Counted from the stretch's first letter, positions 9,993-19,888 are shown. The stretch is 64,000 bases of DNA from an uncultured bacterium (GCA_963717435.1 OY970332.1:640001-704000); one strand, 5' to 3'. Translations and numbers: made by a program. The notes: a model not told the origin generated them from the letters alone.

Positions 9993-10595
9993 TTATAAGA
10001 AGTTGGTATAATTGCCCACTCTTTGTAAAAAGAGCTTAAGTCTACGATAATCGTTTCCTGTTAAAAGTGAATAGCTGGATGTAAAATTTGCAAGTTTTTC
10101 TGTAGTTAGCAGCTTGTTTTCAGCCATGTTTTTAAGTATGGCAAGTAATAGCTCATCAACGTTAATTATATTATTTGAAAGACCAAAAAGAACATGTAAG
10201 TACTGCTCGCTATTAAAAAATTTAATATATTCTGTGTTTGAGGCAAAACTTACAAAACTGTGAATCTTTGGTGGCTCAGGGGGTAGCTGATAAAATAATA
10301 CCCCAGATTCTTCATAACCCAAGCACAAGCATGAAAAAGTTGTCTTTAGAAATTCAAATATTTGTGGTTGTTCTCGTTTTAGATCTTCTTCTGTTTTTTG
10401 ATAAGCAAAAGCTTTTCTTGATTCATCTATAGATCCCGTTTGAATTTCGTGAACCACAGCATAAAGCACTCTGTTATTGCTCTCTATTTTAACCAGTGAG
10501 CCAAATTTTGGTGGAACGTCCCACTGCCAGCTTTGTCCCACAAAAGAATGTAGCGAGCTTTCAAGAATTTCACCAAAGTACTTCTTGTTGTTCAT
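9993..10595 (-). CDS. Stand-alone HAS-barrel domain protein
   Basis: 'PKFGSLVK...YAVV..I.T.SID..R...E...REQPQIFEFL.T...PP.PP.IH...DYRRL' pattern recalled from HAS-barrel proteins. Confidence 0.7.
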   Translation of the reverse strand: MNNKKYFGEILESSLHSFVGQSWQWDVPPKFGSLVKIESNNRVLYAVVHEIQTGSIDESRKAFAYQKTEEDLKREQPQIFEFLKTTFSCLCLGYEESGVLFYQLPPEPPKIHSFVSFASNTEYIKFFNSEQYLHVLFGLSNNIINVDELLLAILKNMAENKLLTTEKLANFTSSYSLLTGNDYRRLKLFLQRVGNYTNFL

Positions 10596-11256
10596 AGTGA
10601 CTTTCGTTTAGTTCGTTCGATTCGTTTAAAAATTCAAATTTCTTTAAATAACTTTTTCTATGAATAAAACTTTCACCGTTAAGCTCTAAAGTTTGACCGT
10701 GAAGTTTGGTGCTGTATCCCTTATGTTGTCCCATATAGTACCCGGGTATAATATGATCCAGTCGTTGCATGATTTTGTCTCTTGTTACTTTGGCCACAAT
10801 CGACGCGGCTGCTATGGAGCTTGAATATTGTTCGCCAAAAGGGAAATGTATCACCGCTATATTATCAATTTTGAGGGGCATCGCATCTACAAGTACAAGT
10901 TTCGGGGCTGGCGCAACTGCAATTAACTGCATTAACGAGCGCTTCATGGCCCTTAAAGTGGCCTGATATATATTTATTTCATCGATTAGCCTATGGGTGA
11001 CAATAGCAGTAGAATACCAACTGTTTTTTACGATCCACTTATAGCCATCGAGCAGTTCATCTTGGTCCAAAAGCTTTGAATCTTTTAACTTATTACTCTT
11101 TTTTCCAGGGTGAAGAATTACTGATGCCGTAACCAACGGCCCACAGAGACATCCACGACCAACTTCATCAATTCCAGCAACGAGTTCATTTTTGGACCAA
11201 CTATCTATCTCGTAAAAATTTTTTGCTATTCGTACAGATCGTCTGGCACGTATCAT
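10570..11256 (-). CDS. rnhB: Ribonuclease HII
   Basis: GIDEVGRG, DSK, SIAAASIVAKVTRD, HKGY, HRKS. Confidence 0.96.
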   Translation of the reverse strand: MIRARRSVRIAKNFYEIDSWSKNELVAGIDEVGRGCLCGPLVTASVILHPGKKSNKLKDSKLLDQDELLDGYKWIVKNSWYSTAIVTHRLIDEINIYQATLRAMKRSLMQLIAVAPAPKLVLVDAMPLKIDNIAVIHFPFGEQYSSSIAAASIVAKVTRDKIMQRLDHIIPGYYMGQHKGYSTKLHGQTLELNGESFIHRKSYLKKFEFLNESNELNESHYEQQEVLW

Positions 11257-11271
11257 GCGCTATGTTTCCAT

Positions 11272-11299
11272 TTGACATTAATATTTTTTTGTATACAAT
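11272..11299 (+). promoter_or_regulatory. Sigma70-like promoter
   Basis: TTGACA-16 nt-TACAAT upstream of the 11366 regulator. Confidence 0.55.
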
Positions 11300-11365
11300 C
11301 AGAATTATTAGTAAGATAATTGTTAGAATACTAACACAAATTTCATTCTAAGGTAAGGAGATATT

Positions 11366-12037
11366 ATGACATCTACAGCTTTACGGGTAAAGGAACTGCT
11401 CCGTGAAAAGGGATGGACTACTAAGATTTTAGCCGAAAAAACCGGCATGTCTGAAAGTTATCTGACCCACATAAAAAATGGCACCCGTCGTTGGAACGAA
11501 GATTCATTGCGCAAGCTTGCCAATGCATTCGAAGTTAGCCCAATAGACTTGTTTGTCCAAAGACGTAAACGTACTGATGATATTGACAATAACGTTAGTT
11601 TGCCAGAAAAATCTGATGTTCAGTTAAAAGTTCAAGTTATACCAGTTGTTGGAGACATACCATCTAACCCATCCCCATACAACAACCAACTAATGCAACT
11701 TACAACAGGATTTAAAGATCAATTTGTACCTGTTTTGAACTCAAATGACCCAGCAATGTTTGCATTGTCACTTTCAACAAATCATCTATCCCCTGTTTTT
11801 GATAAGGGCGATATTTTGATCGTTTCCCCAGAAACCTGGGCACGTTCAGGAGATGTTGCAGCAGTTGAATATGGCAACGATGTGCAAGTAAAAGCTATTA
11901 TGAACGTTACTTATACAGAAGATTTTATTGTTCTTGAATCTATTAACCACAAACAGGCTCCTATAGCTTTGGTTCGCGGGAAAGATCATTTCAGAATTAT
12001 CGGCAAAGTTGTTGGTAGACATCAACAATTTGTGTGA
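11366..12037 (+). CDS. XRE-family HTH regulator with degenerate S24 (LexA/CI-like) C-terminal domain
   Basis: HTH 'LAEKTGMSESYLTHIKNG'; 'IPVVGDI', 'FAL...P.F.KGDILIV', 'RIIGKVV'. Confidence 0.85.
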   Translation: MTSTALRVKELLREKGWTTKILAEKTGMSESYLTHIKNGTRRWNEDSLRKLANAFEVSPIDLFVQRRKRTDDIDNNVSLPEKSDVQLKVQVIPVVGDIPSNPSPYNNQLMQLTTGFKDQFVPVLNSNDPAMFALSLSTNHLSPVFDKGDILIVSPETWARSGDVAAVEYGNDVQVKAIMNVTYTEDFIVLESINHKQAPIALVRGKDHFRIIGKVVGRHQQFV

Positions 12038-12206
12038 TTTTTGAGAAATTAGTGTTGATTAGAGTATATTTTTCCAATAATTTTGGTAGAATATACTCTA
12101 ATTAGTTTAAATAATTAATTTAAAGAGTTTTTGAAGTACTAAATAAAATAAATAGTTTATTTTATAGTGTTTTAACACTTCCAGTTAGTATAAAGGATTT
12201 ACTACT

Positions 12207-12665
12207 ATGCTTCGTTACGAAGTTCTTTTTTTAACATTACCTGAAATTACAGCTGATGAAAGAGGCAAAATCGAAAAGGGTTTCGAGGAGCTAGTTTCAC
12301 AAGCTAAAGGTAATGTCATTTCTTTCGATCGTTGGGGCAAATATAAACTTGCTTACCCAGTAAGAGATCGTGAATATGGTGTTTACTTCTTGGTTCGTTT
12401 TGAAGTTGATAAAGCAAATGCTAGCGACTTGTTAAAAGCCGTTAATCTGTTTTTCGCTGTAAGAAACGAAGATATAGTTGCGCGCCATATGGTCTCTGTT
12501 TTAGATGTTAAAAGACCTCTTGAGTATGCTCGTCCAGAGTCTCTTGAAGATGTTCCAACCAAAGACGTTGATACTTTCTTAAAAGAAAACAAAATGTCTG
12601 GTTTGATTAAGGGTTCTGGAAAAGACCGCCATGCTGCTGAAGAAGCGCATATGGGTCAAGAATAA
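12207..12665 (+). CDS. rpsF: 30S ribosomal protein S6
   Basis: RYE...WGKYKLAYPV...G.Y. Confidence 0.93.
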   Translation: MLRYEVLFLTLPEITADERGKIEKGFEELVSQAKGNVISFDRWGKYKLAYPVRDREYGVYFLVRFEVDKANASDLLKAVNLFFAVRNEDIVARHMVSVLDVKRPLEYARPESLEDVPTKDVDTFLKENKMSGLIKGSGKDRHAAEEAHMGQE

Positions 12666-12686
12666 TAAGTTATAGGAGTATATTTC

Positions 12687-12974
12687 ATGTCAGTAAAAAC
12701 TAAGCTAAAAGTAAGCACACGACTTTTAAAGAAAAAAACACGTAAAACTTCTTTTAATCAAGCTAAGCACTGCAGATTCTGCGCAGGCAAAGATCATGCA
12801 TTAGCTTTGGATTATAAGAATTCTTCTATGTTGAGAAATTTCTTAACAGAAAGAGGTAAAATTCTTCCTTCAAGAATTTCTGCTAACTGCTCTAAGCATC
12901 AAAGAGCACTTACAAATGAAATCAAAAAAGCACGCGTTATGGCACTTTTACCATACTCAGCTCTTTCTTATTAA
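12687..12974 (+). CDS. rpsR: 30S ribosomal protein S18 (Zn-binding Cys form)
   Basis: CRFC...DYK...[24 protein letters not shown]. Confidence 0.97.
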   Translation: MSVKTKLKVSTRLLKKKTRKTSFNQAKHCRFCAGKDHALALDYKNSSMLRNFLTERGKILPSRISANCSKHQRALTNEIKKARVMALLPYSALSY

Positions 12975-13015
12975 TTTGTGACCCAGCGATCCTGGGTTGA
13001 ACTTAAATTAGAATT

Positions 13016-13046
13016 AAAAAACCCGGTCTAAAAAACCGGGTTTTTT
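13016..13046 (+). terminator. Intrinsic terminator after rpsR
   Basis: AAAAAACCCGGT...ACCGGGTTTTTT. Confidence 0.85.
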
Positions 13047-13143
13047 GTTGCCAAATTTTAATATGCTTGATTTTTTGAAGGGGCTTTTTTTAGGTTTACC
13101 ATTGTAGGTAAGTTTATTTATTTTATTAAGAGGGAACTTGTTT

Positions 13144-13773
13144 ATGAATTTCAAAAAATTAATTATGTTTTCAGCGTCTGTTGTGATTATTAATGCTAAT
13201 GCTGTGGAGCCGTTAAGAATGGGGGTTTCGCAATCAGAAAAAGATAAGTTTTTTATGACAATCACAAGTGCGCATACAAGAACATTTAGTAAGGACAACC
13301 TAATTATAAGCGATATTTCTTCCGAGGATAGCGATGTGTGGAATGGTCTCATGAAAGAGGTTGCCAAGTATGTTAAGGCAAATTCTCCTGGTCTTTATCC
13401 TGAATTTGAAAAAATGCAAACAGCTAGCGATAAGTTATTAGAGGCATTAAAAATGGCCCACGACAAGACGACCCTTAAAAAAACTGATCGACCAGCCCTT
13501 TCTAGAGAATCGAAAGTAAAAAGTGGATTAAATATTCAAAATCCTGATTCTGCGAAGAAAAGCAGTAAATCATTAGACATAAAGGGCATAGAAAAAATTA
13601 TTGAGCCATTAAAGGCGCAAGAATCGATACTGGTAGAAATTCAAGATAAAATAAACAAAAAAACTATGAAAAATGATGTAGACGAAATTCTAAATCGCCT
13701 TGCGCTTACCCTGGAAGTGACAATAACCAAAGTATTTAAGGATTTTAAAAAGGTGGAAGCTAGAGCTAAGTAG
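13144..13773 (+). CDS. Hypothetical secreted helical protein
   Basis: Signal peptide, GAGGGA RBS, followed by terminator. Confidence 0.7.
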   Translation: MNFKKLIMFSASVVIINANAVEPLRMGVSQSEKDKFFMTITSAHTRTFSKDNLIISDISSEDSDVWNGLMKEVAKYVKANSPGLYPEFEKMQTASDKLLEALKMAHDKTTLKKTDRPALSRESKVKSGLNIQNPDSAKKSSKSLDIKGIEKIIEPLKAQESILVEIQDKINKKTMKNDVDEILNRLALTLEVTITKVFKDFKKVEARAK

Positions 13774-13793
13774 TATAATAATTTTTAGATTTA

Positions 13794-13829
13794 GGCCCCG
13801 ACATTTAAACGATAAATGTCGGGGCTTTT
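13794..13829 (+). terminator. Intrinsic terminator
   Basis: GGCCCCGACATTTA-aacga-TAAATGTCGGGGCT followed by TTT. Confidence 0.85.
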
Positions 13830-13913
13830 GACATTAAATATAGCTATTTTAAGCTGTTAATATATGGAGATTCTGGTGTTTCACCGGATTTTTAACTCAG
13901 GAGGTTAAATCAA

Positions 13914-14594
13914 ATGAAATTGAAAAATATACTGTTTATGCTAGCAATCGTAGCTTCAGTTTTTTCTGGGAGCTATTCGTTTACTTTTAATGAAAAAACT
14001 AGCATCTTGCGTGAATTTATAGACGTTAGCTTTTTTGGAAAAGTTGAAAAGTTTTCCGAAGATCAACTAACAAAATTTAAAGATAATTTTAAAGATCTTG
14101 GAAAAGACGAACAATACTTTTTTGAAAATTATCTTGATAGAGAAATCAAAGATCTTGAACTTAGTTCACAATATGGCAAAATAGATGCTTTTGCTATGAC
14201 AACTGTTGGCACGCTAGCAGCAGTCTGGATATTGAAACTCTGCAAAAATTATAGACCTGGAATAGATGGAAGAGAATTATTGTTAAAAACGATCCCATTT
14301 ATTGGTACTTGGCTTTACTGGAATCTTGAGGTTCAAAAGGGTTTGCAAGCTCAAGCTATTACAAACAATGCTTTCGCTGGCAATACAGATTTATTAAGGC
14401 ATCTTCCAGTTAATGCTGAATTTATGGAGAATATGGTAAGCGTTTTCGGGGCAACCTTTGTGTCCATTTCGTCAGGATTTAAATATTATTGCTTCTCTCC
14501 TCAGAGAATTGAAAATGCAAAGAAGATAAGCTCTGTTATTTTGGAAATAAATAACGAGCAAAATTGCTCTAAGCCAGAAACAGCTGTATCTTAA
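13914..14594 (+). CDS. Hypothetical secreted/membrane protein
   Basis: Signal peptide, AGGAGG RBS. Confidence 0.72.
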   Translation: MKLKNILFMLAIVASVFSGSYSFTFNEKTSILREFIDVSFFGKVEKFSEDQLTKFKDNFKDLGKDEQYFFENYLDREIKDLELSSQYGKIDAFAMTTVGTLAAVWILKLCKNYRPGIDGRELLLKTIPFIGTWLYWNLEVQKGLQAQAITNNAFAGNTDLLRHLPVNAEFMENMVSVFGATFVSISSGFKYYCFSPQRIENAKKISSVILEINNEQNCSKPETAVS

Positions 14595-14634
14595 TGCTGT
14601 TTTTTAATAATCATCAAGTTAAAATTATATTTTA

Positions 14635-14670
14635 GGCCCTGTTATTTAACAGTAAATGACGGGGCTTTTT
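14635..14670 (+). terminator. Intrinsic terminator homologous to the one at 13794
   Basis: GGCCCTGTTATTTA-acag-TAAATGACGGGGCT followed by TTTT. Confidence 0.8.
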
Positions 14671-14830
14671 GTTGCCATTCTAAGTTTCGCAATTGAAATG
14701 TAAGACGTGAGCTCAAGAAAGCCGAAGAGTGAAGTAGGGTTGGACATTTTTTTAAAAATGTTTACAATAAGAAAATAAACATATAGGCAAAAAAGATCTA
14801 AATAATACCCCTCAAAATATCTAAAAAGTG

Positions 14831-16627
14831 ATGAATATGAATAAAAGAAACAATCTAAGAAATATAGCCATTATTGCCCACGTTGACCATGGCAAAACTA
14901 CCTTGGTTGATAAACTTTTGCGCGAATCGGGCACAGTTGCTGCTGCGGATGGCGAAAGATTGATGGATTCAAATGCGCTTGAAAAAGAACGCGGGATCAC
15001 CATCTTGGCTAAAAATACCGGGATTGTTTATAAAGATTACGAAATTAATATCGTTGATACTCCGGGCCACAGTGATTTTGGCGGAGAAGTTGAGCGTACT
15101 CTTCAAATGGTCGAAGGCTTTTTGTTGTTGGTAGACGCTGCAGAAGGGGTACTGCCAGGTACGAGATTTGTTCTTCAAAAGGCTCTTCAGCTTAATCTTA
15201 AGCCCATAGTATTTATTAATAAAATAGACAGAAAAGACGCTGATATTGAGCGCACAGAGAGTTTAGTTCACGATCTATTTTTAGATCTTGCAAAAGACGA
15301 ATCCCAATTAGATTTTCCTATTCTTTACGGCTCAGGCAGACAGGGTTTTGCAACAAAAGATCCAAAAAACTATACAACAAATATGGAAGTTCTTTTTGAA
15401 GCAATATTAAATAATATTCCTGCTCCTGTTGAAAAAGCTGATTCGCTACAAATGCTAACAACAAGTCTTGATCACTCAGAATTTTTAGGGCCCATCGCGA
15501 TCGGCCGTGTATTCAGTGGGTCATTGACAGTTGGCCAGCAGTTTATTTGCTGCAAAGATGATTATGTCAGCAAGCCTATGAAAATCACAAAAATTTATAA
15601 ATTTAGAGGTCTTTCAAAAGTAGAAGCACCTACTGTATCTTTTGGTGATATAGTTGCAGTTACTGGTTTTTCCGAACCAATCAACATTGGAACGACACTT
15701 TGCGAAGTTGGCAAACCGCTTCCGTATTCATATGTAAAGATCGATGAACCTACAGTTTCTATTTACGTATCTGTTAATGACTCACCGTTTAGTGGTCAAG
15801 ATGGTAAATTGCTAACTTCAAGACAGATCAAAGATAGACTAGAAAAAGAATTAAAAGTTAACGTATCACTTCGTGTTGAGCCAACTAGTTCACCTGACGT
15901 ATTTAAAGTTTCAGGCCGTGGACAGTTGCATTTGGGTATTTTGATAGAAAACATGAGACGCGAGGGCTTTGAATTACAAATTTCTGCGCCTGAAGTTATC
16001 TACAAAATGATAGATGGTGTTAAATGCGAGCCGATAGAATATTTGGTTATTGATATTCCTGAAGAGTATCAAGGGACAATCATGGAAAGCTTGGCTAAGA
16101 AAAAAGCTGAGATGAAAAACATGGTTCACTACGGTTCTAGAATAAGAATCGAATTTGAAGTTCCATCTCGTGGTCTTCTTGGTTTTAGAAGCCAGTTCCT
16201 AACAGATACACGCGGAAACGGTATCGCCACTTTTAACTTCTTGGATTATAAGCCATATAGAGGCGAAATTCCAACCAGAACCAAAGGTGTTATGGTGTCG
16301 ATGGAAGCTGGCACAATAACAGGATTTGCGCTTGATAACTTGCAAGAACGTGGAACATTATTTGTTTCACCTGGTGACAAAGTTTATGAGGGTATGATCA
16401 TTGGTGAAAACAGCCGTGAAGGTGATATGGATGTTAATCCTACAAAGCAAAAAAAGTTGACCAATATGCGTGCTTCTGGTTCTGATGAAGCTATTAAGCT
16501 AGAGCCGCCTCGCAAAATGGAACTTGAGTATTGCATGGAATGGATTAATCCTGACGAACTTATCGAAGTTACTCCAAATCATTTGAGACTTAGAAAGAAG
16601 ACGCTAAGAGCTTCTTTAAGAAAATAA
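14831..16627 (+). CDS. typA: Translational GTPase TypA/BipA
   Basis: RNIAIIAHVDHGKTTLVD, ERGITILAKN, KKLTNMRASGSD; exact start codon uncertain (14828/14831/14837). Confidence 0.97.
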   Translation: MNMNKRNNLRNIAIIAHVDHGKTTLVDKLLRESGTVAAADGERLMDSNALEKERGITILAKNTGIVYKDYEINIVDTPGHSDFGGEVERTLQMVEGFLLLVDAAEGVLPGTRFVLQKALQLNLKPIVFINKIDRKDADIERTESLVHDLFLDLAKDESQLDFPILYGSGRQGFATKDPKNYTTNMEVLFEAILNNIPAPVEKADSLQMLTTSLDHSEFLGPIAIGRVFSGSLTVGQQFICCKDDYVSKPMKITKIYKFRGLSKVEAPTVSFGDIVAVTGFSEPINIGTTLCEVGKPLPYSYVKIDEPTVSIYVSVNDSPFSGQDGKLLTSRQIKDRLEKELKVNVSLRVEPTSSPDVFKVSGRGQLHLGILIENMRREGFELQISAPEVIYKMIDGVKCEPIEYLVIDIPEEYQGTIMESLAKKKAEMKNMVHYGSRIRIEFEVPSRGLLGFRSQFLTDTRGNGIATFNFLDYKPYRGEIPTRTKGVMVSMEAGTITGFALDNLQERGTLFVSPGDKVYEGMIIGENSREGDMDVNPTKQKKLTNMRASGSDEAIKLEPPRKMELEYCMEWINPDELIEVTPNHLRLRKKTLRASLRK

Positions 16628-16645
16628 TTTTCTTAAATATTTTTT

Positions 16646-17410
16646 ATGCCTCTTTATAAATTTATAATTTCTTACGACGGAACAAAATATAGCGGCTGGC
16701 AGAGCCAAAAGCACTGCCAAGCCGTTTCTAATTGTTTGGAAAAAACTTTTCAAGTTGTTTTGAAAAAGCGTGTAAAGATTATTGGTGGATCGCGCACCGA
16801 TGCTGGTGTTCATGCGCTTGGTCAAGTTGCGATAGTTAAGCTTGATATGGATATTGATCCGTTAAAATTACAAAAAATTATCAATAACAGACTTCCTGCA
16901 GATATTTTGATTCGTAAAATGGAGTTAGCAGAACCTGGTTTTCATCCTCAATCTAATGTAGAGATGAAAACTTATTATTACCATTTTTTTCAGTCCCGCC
17001 CATTACCAATTGTTTCTAGATACGGTTACTATTTTTATAAAAACGTAGATCTTGAAAAACTTCAAGACTGCTTTTCTGTTTTTTTAGGAACGCATGACTT
17101 TAGATCTTTCTGTTCTGGGGAAAAATCTAATACTATAAGAACTATAGATTCTATAAATTTGAGATATTTCAAAAAACTGGGTATCTATAGACTTGAAATT
17201 CGTGGGCAGCATTTTTTACGTTACATGATAAGACGGATAGCAGGGTCGTTGTTGGAAGTTGCAAGCTCAGATGAAAAAACTAAACAAGATTTAATTTTTG
17301 CGCTTAATCAGAAAAATCCACAGCAGCACTTGGCAACAGCTCCTGCACATGGTTTAATGTTGCATAGTATAAAATATAAAGAGCCCGCTAAAGTAACTAA
17401 AAATAGTTAG
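16646..17410 (+). CDS. truA: tRNA pseudouridine(38-40) synthase
   Basis: YDGT.Y.GWQ, SRTDAGVHA, HDFRSF, TAPAHGL. Confidence 0.96.
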   Translation: MPLYKFIISYDGTKYSGWQSQKHCQAVSNCLEKTFQVVLKKRVKIIGGSRTDAGVHALGQVAIVKLDMDIDPLKLQKIINNRLPADILIRKMELAEPGFHPQSNVEMKTYYYHFFQSRPLPIVSRYGYYFYKNVDLEKLQDCFSVFLGTHDFRSFCSGEKSNTIRTIDSINLRYFKKLGIYRLEIRGQHFLRYMIRRIAGSLLEVASSDEKTKQDLIFALNQKNPQQHLATAPAHGLMLHSIKYKEPAKVTKNS

Positions 17411-17433
17411 TGAATAATAACAGAGAATAATTT

Positions 17434-18039
17434 ATGACAAAAATTTTTAAGAAATTTTTTGAAAAAATTAGTAACAAAAAAAATATATTTAAAATTTTAT
17501 TAGTTTTTGGTCTAGTTAGTCTATTTGCTGTCCCAATCAGTTATTATTATAAAAACTATTCTGGAAGTTATTCTTGTTCAGGTATTTTCGAATATGATCC
17601 AAAAATAGACCGCAGTTTTATTTTGAATCTTTTTGAAAAAAATATGTATTGGTTGGTAGCTGAAAATGTTACTGGCTTTTCTGCAGAATATACTCTTGAT
17701 ACAAAATCGAGATCAAAAAGACCAGAACATCAGGGAAATTTACAATTCTATGTTTATAGAACCCCTGAGTGTAAGCCTGCAGGCTTTGTTGCTTTTTATA
17801 AAGAAAATTTCTTTAAGGGCAAAATATTATTCTTGGCGATCGATGAATCTCAAAGGCGTCATGGCTATGCTCGTAAACTTATAAATTTTGCATTAGATAA
17901 ACTTCAAGAGATGGGATTGGTTTATGTTGATATTATCACAAGAACAAATAATATTGGCGCCCAAAATTTATACAAAAGCGTAGGCTTTCACGAAACCTGG
18001 CGCGACGACGGCTTTGTGAAGCTAGAAAAAAGTTTATAG
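17434..18039 (+). CDS. GNAT acetyltransferase with N-terminal membrane anchor
   Basis: QRRHGYA and N..AQNLYKSVGF motifs; hydrophobic N-terminal segment. Confidence 0.85.
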   Translation: MTKIFKKFFEKISNKKNIFKILLVFGLVSLFAVPISYYYKNYSGSYSCSGIFEYDPKIDRSFILNLFEKNMYWLVAENVTGFSAEYTLDTKSRSKRPEHQGNLQFYVYRTPECKPAGFVAFYKENFFKGKILFLAIDESQRRHGYARKLINFALDKLQEMGLVYVDIITRTNNIGAQNLYKSVGFHETWRDDGFVKLEKSL

Positions 18040-18065
18040 ATTGTCGAATTTGCAAGAAATAATTT

Positions 18066-19694
18066 TTACTTTTTCATGACATCGGGAACTTCTAGCCCCA
18101 TCTGTTTTAATATATACGGGGCAATATCAGAGAGTTCGTGCAGATTATTTAAGTCTATTTTTTTATTTTCTAAGTTTTTATTTAAAACCAAGAAATAAAC
18201 AGGGTCGGTATTATGGCTCGTTCTTGGCTGATTTGTCTCTTTGTCCCACATATATTCAGCGTTGCCATGATCGCCAGTTAAATAAATTGTCCCATTTAGT
18301 TCCAAAACAATTTTTTTGTATAACTTTTCTAACTCTAAGTCTAATATTTTTATTGCTTTTACAGTTGCTTCAAAGTTGCCAGAATGGCCAACCATGTCTG
18401 CATTTGCATAATTAATTAAATAAAAATCTTGTGGGTCTTTATCAAGAGAGTTTAAAACCGTGTCTGTTATAGCTGGCGCCGACATTTGCGGCAAATTTAT
18501 ATACTGTTTTTTGGGTATAGATGGGATCAAGATTCTTGTTTCACAAGTTCTAACTTTTTCTTGTCCGCCATTAAAAAAGTAAGTTACATGAGCATATTTT
18601 TCTGTTTCTGCGATAGCAAACATGCAAATATTATTTTGTTCTAAGATATCAAAAAAAGTTTCAGGAACTATATTTTTTTTAACTAACGGGATAGTTTCCA
18701 AATCTTGCTGGTATATTATTCCAGTGACAACAAATGCAAAATCTATTTTTTTTGTTTTGAATTCTTTAAAATTTGGGTCTATAAGCGCCCGTGTTAACTG
18801 TCGTGCCCTATCTGCTCTGATATTAAAAAATATTAATGCATCGCCAGATTTGATTTCGCAGTTTTCTATTAATCTTGTTGGCGGAATAAATTCGTCGGTT
18901 ATATTTTGTGAGTAGTAGTAATCAAGCGCCTGTTCCCACCCCGCATACCCTTCGATATGCCCTGTCGGGCTATTCAGGGCGAGCGGGATTGAGTCTTTTT
19001 TTTGCGCACTTTCTTCTTGAGAATTATTTTTATTCGCTCGCCCTTCTGCGCCTGTGAGCACGTCATAACTTCGTTCTGTTCTTTCCCAATTCTTGTCTCG
19101 ATCCATAGCATAAAACCTGCCATGAATTGAGCCAAGTTTGCCGCAACCTGTTTCTTTAAATACTTTATCTAAATTTTCTAAATATTTACTTGCTGATTTT
19201 GGTGGCGTATCCCGCCCGTCAAGAAACGCATGGACAATAATATTTTTTATTTTATGTTCACAGGCCATTTTTATAAGCGCATATAAAACCATCTCATGAC
19301 TGTGAACGCCCGCGTCTGAAAGCAGACCCATCAGGTGTAAAGTTTTGCCAGTTTTTGAAAAATCATCAAACAGTTTTATTAGTTCTGGGTTTTTATAAAA
19401 CTTACCAGAATTTATCTCTTCTATTAACTTTGTTACTGCCTGTTTTATTATTCTTCCTGCTCCAATTGTAAGATGCCCAACCTCTGAGTTGCCCATCATG
19501 CCGTCAAGTAGCCCTACAGCTTTTCCTGAAGCTTGCAATATGGTATTTGGGTATAGTTTTAACCAGCTTTCAAAATTACGGGGCTCGGCGGCTAAAATTG
19601 CATTATGATCTTTGTCTTTTCTGTAGCCAAAACCATCAAGAATTATAAGAGCAGTTACTTTTTTATCGATTTTATTAGTATTTTTGTTTTGCAT
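18066..19694 (-). CDS. gpmI: 2,3-BPG-independent phosphoglycerate mutase with an in-frame repeat-derived insertion
   Basis: LIILDGFG, MGNSEVGH, LDGRD, GRFYAMDRD, ETEKYAHVT, DMVGH, DHGN. Confidence 0.97.
   Translation of the reverse strand: MQNKNTNKIDKKVTALIILDGFGYRKDKDHNAILAAEPRNFESWLKLYPNTILQASGKAVGLLDGMMGNSEVGHLTIGAGRIIKQAVTKLIEEINSGKFYKNPELIKLFDDFSKTGKTLHLMGLLSDAGVHSHEMVLYALIKMACEHKIKNIIVHAFLDGRDTPPKSASKYLENLDKVFKETGCGKLGSIHGRFYAMDRDKNWERTERSYDVLTGAEGRANKNNSQEESAQKKDSIPLALNSPTGHIEGYAGWEQALDYYYSQNITDEFIPPTRLIENCEIKSGDALIFFNIRADRARQLTRALIDPNFKEFKTKKIDFAFVVTGIIYQQDLETIPLVKKNIVPETFFDILEQNNICMFAIAETEKYAHVTYFFNGGQEKVRTCETRILIPSIPKKQYINLPQMSAPAITDTVLNSLDKDPQDFYLINYANADMVGHSGNFEATVKAIKILDLELEKLYKKIVLELNGTIYLTGDHGNAEYMWDKETNQPRTSHNTDPVYFLVLNKNLENKKIDLNNLHELSDIAPYILKQMGLEVPDVMKK
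18948..19045 (-). repeat. Element A (18948-18986, reverse) plus inverted partial copy (19034-19045) inside gpmI
   Basis: Reverse complement reads CCGCTCGCCCTGAATAGCCCGACAGGGCATATCGAAGGG; TCGCTCGCCCT lies about 47 bp away in the opposite orientation. Confidence 0.8.
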
Positions 19695-19888
19695 GCCACT
19701 TCTTAATTAATTTAAACTATAATAATTTTTAAGGTCAGAAAAAATATACTTGTTTTTAGAATTTTAAAGCAATATCTTGGCGGAATTTGATCACCACTTG
19801 CTTTTTTTTGGCGTAATTTTAGGCTTTATGTATATTATTTTATGATAGTTGGATCATTATTGGGCATAAAAAGGGGACCTTTAAGGCT

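Noticed and set aside
11366-12037. Prophage repressor marking a prophage
   Set aside because: Flanked by rnhB and rpsF; no integrase or phage genes in the window
12666-12686. Missing ssb between rpsF and rpsR
   Set aside because: A common rearrangement; not informative by itself
14705-14745. GC-richer patch upstream of typA (AAGCCGAAGAGTGAAGTAGGGTT) as a decayed B element
   Set aside because: No CCTG and a weak stem; similarity too low to call
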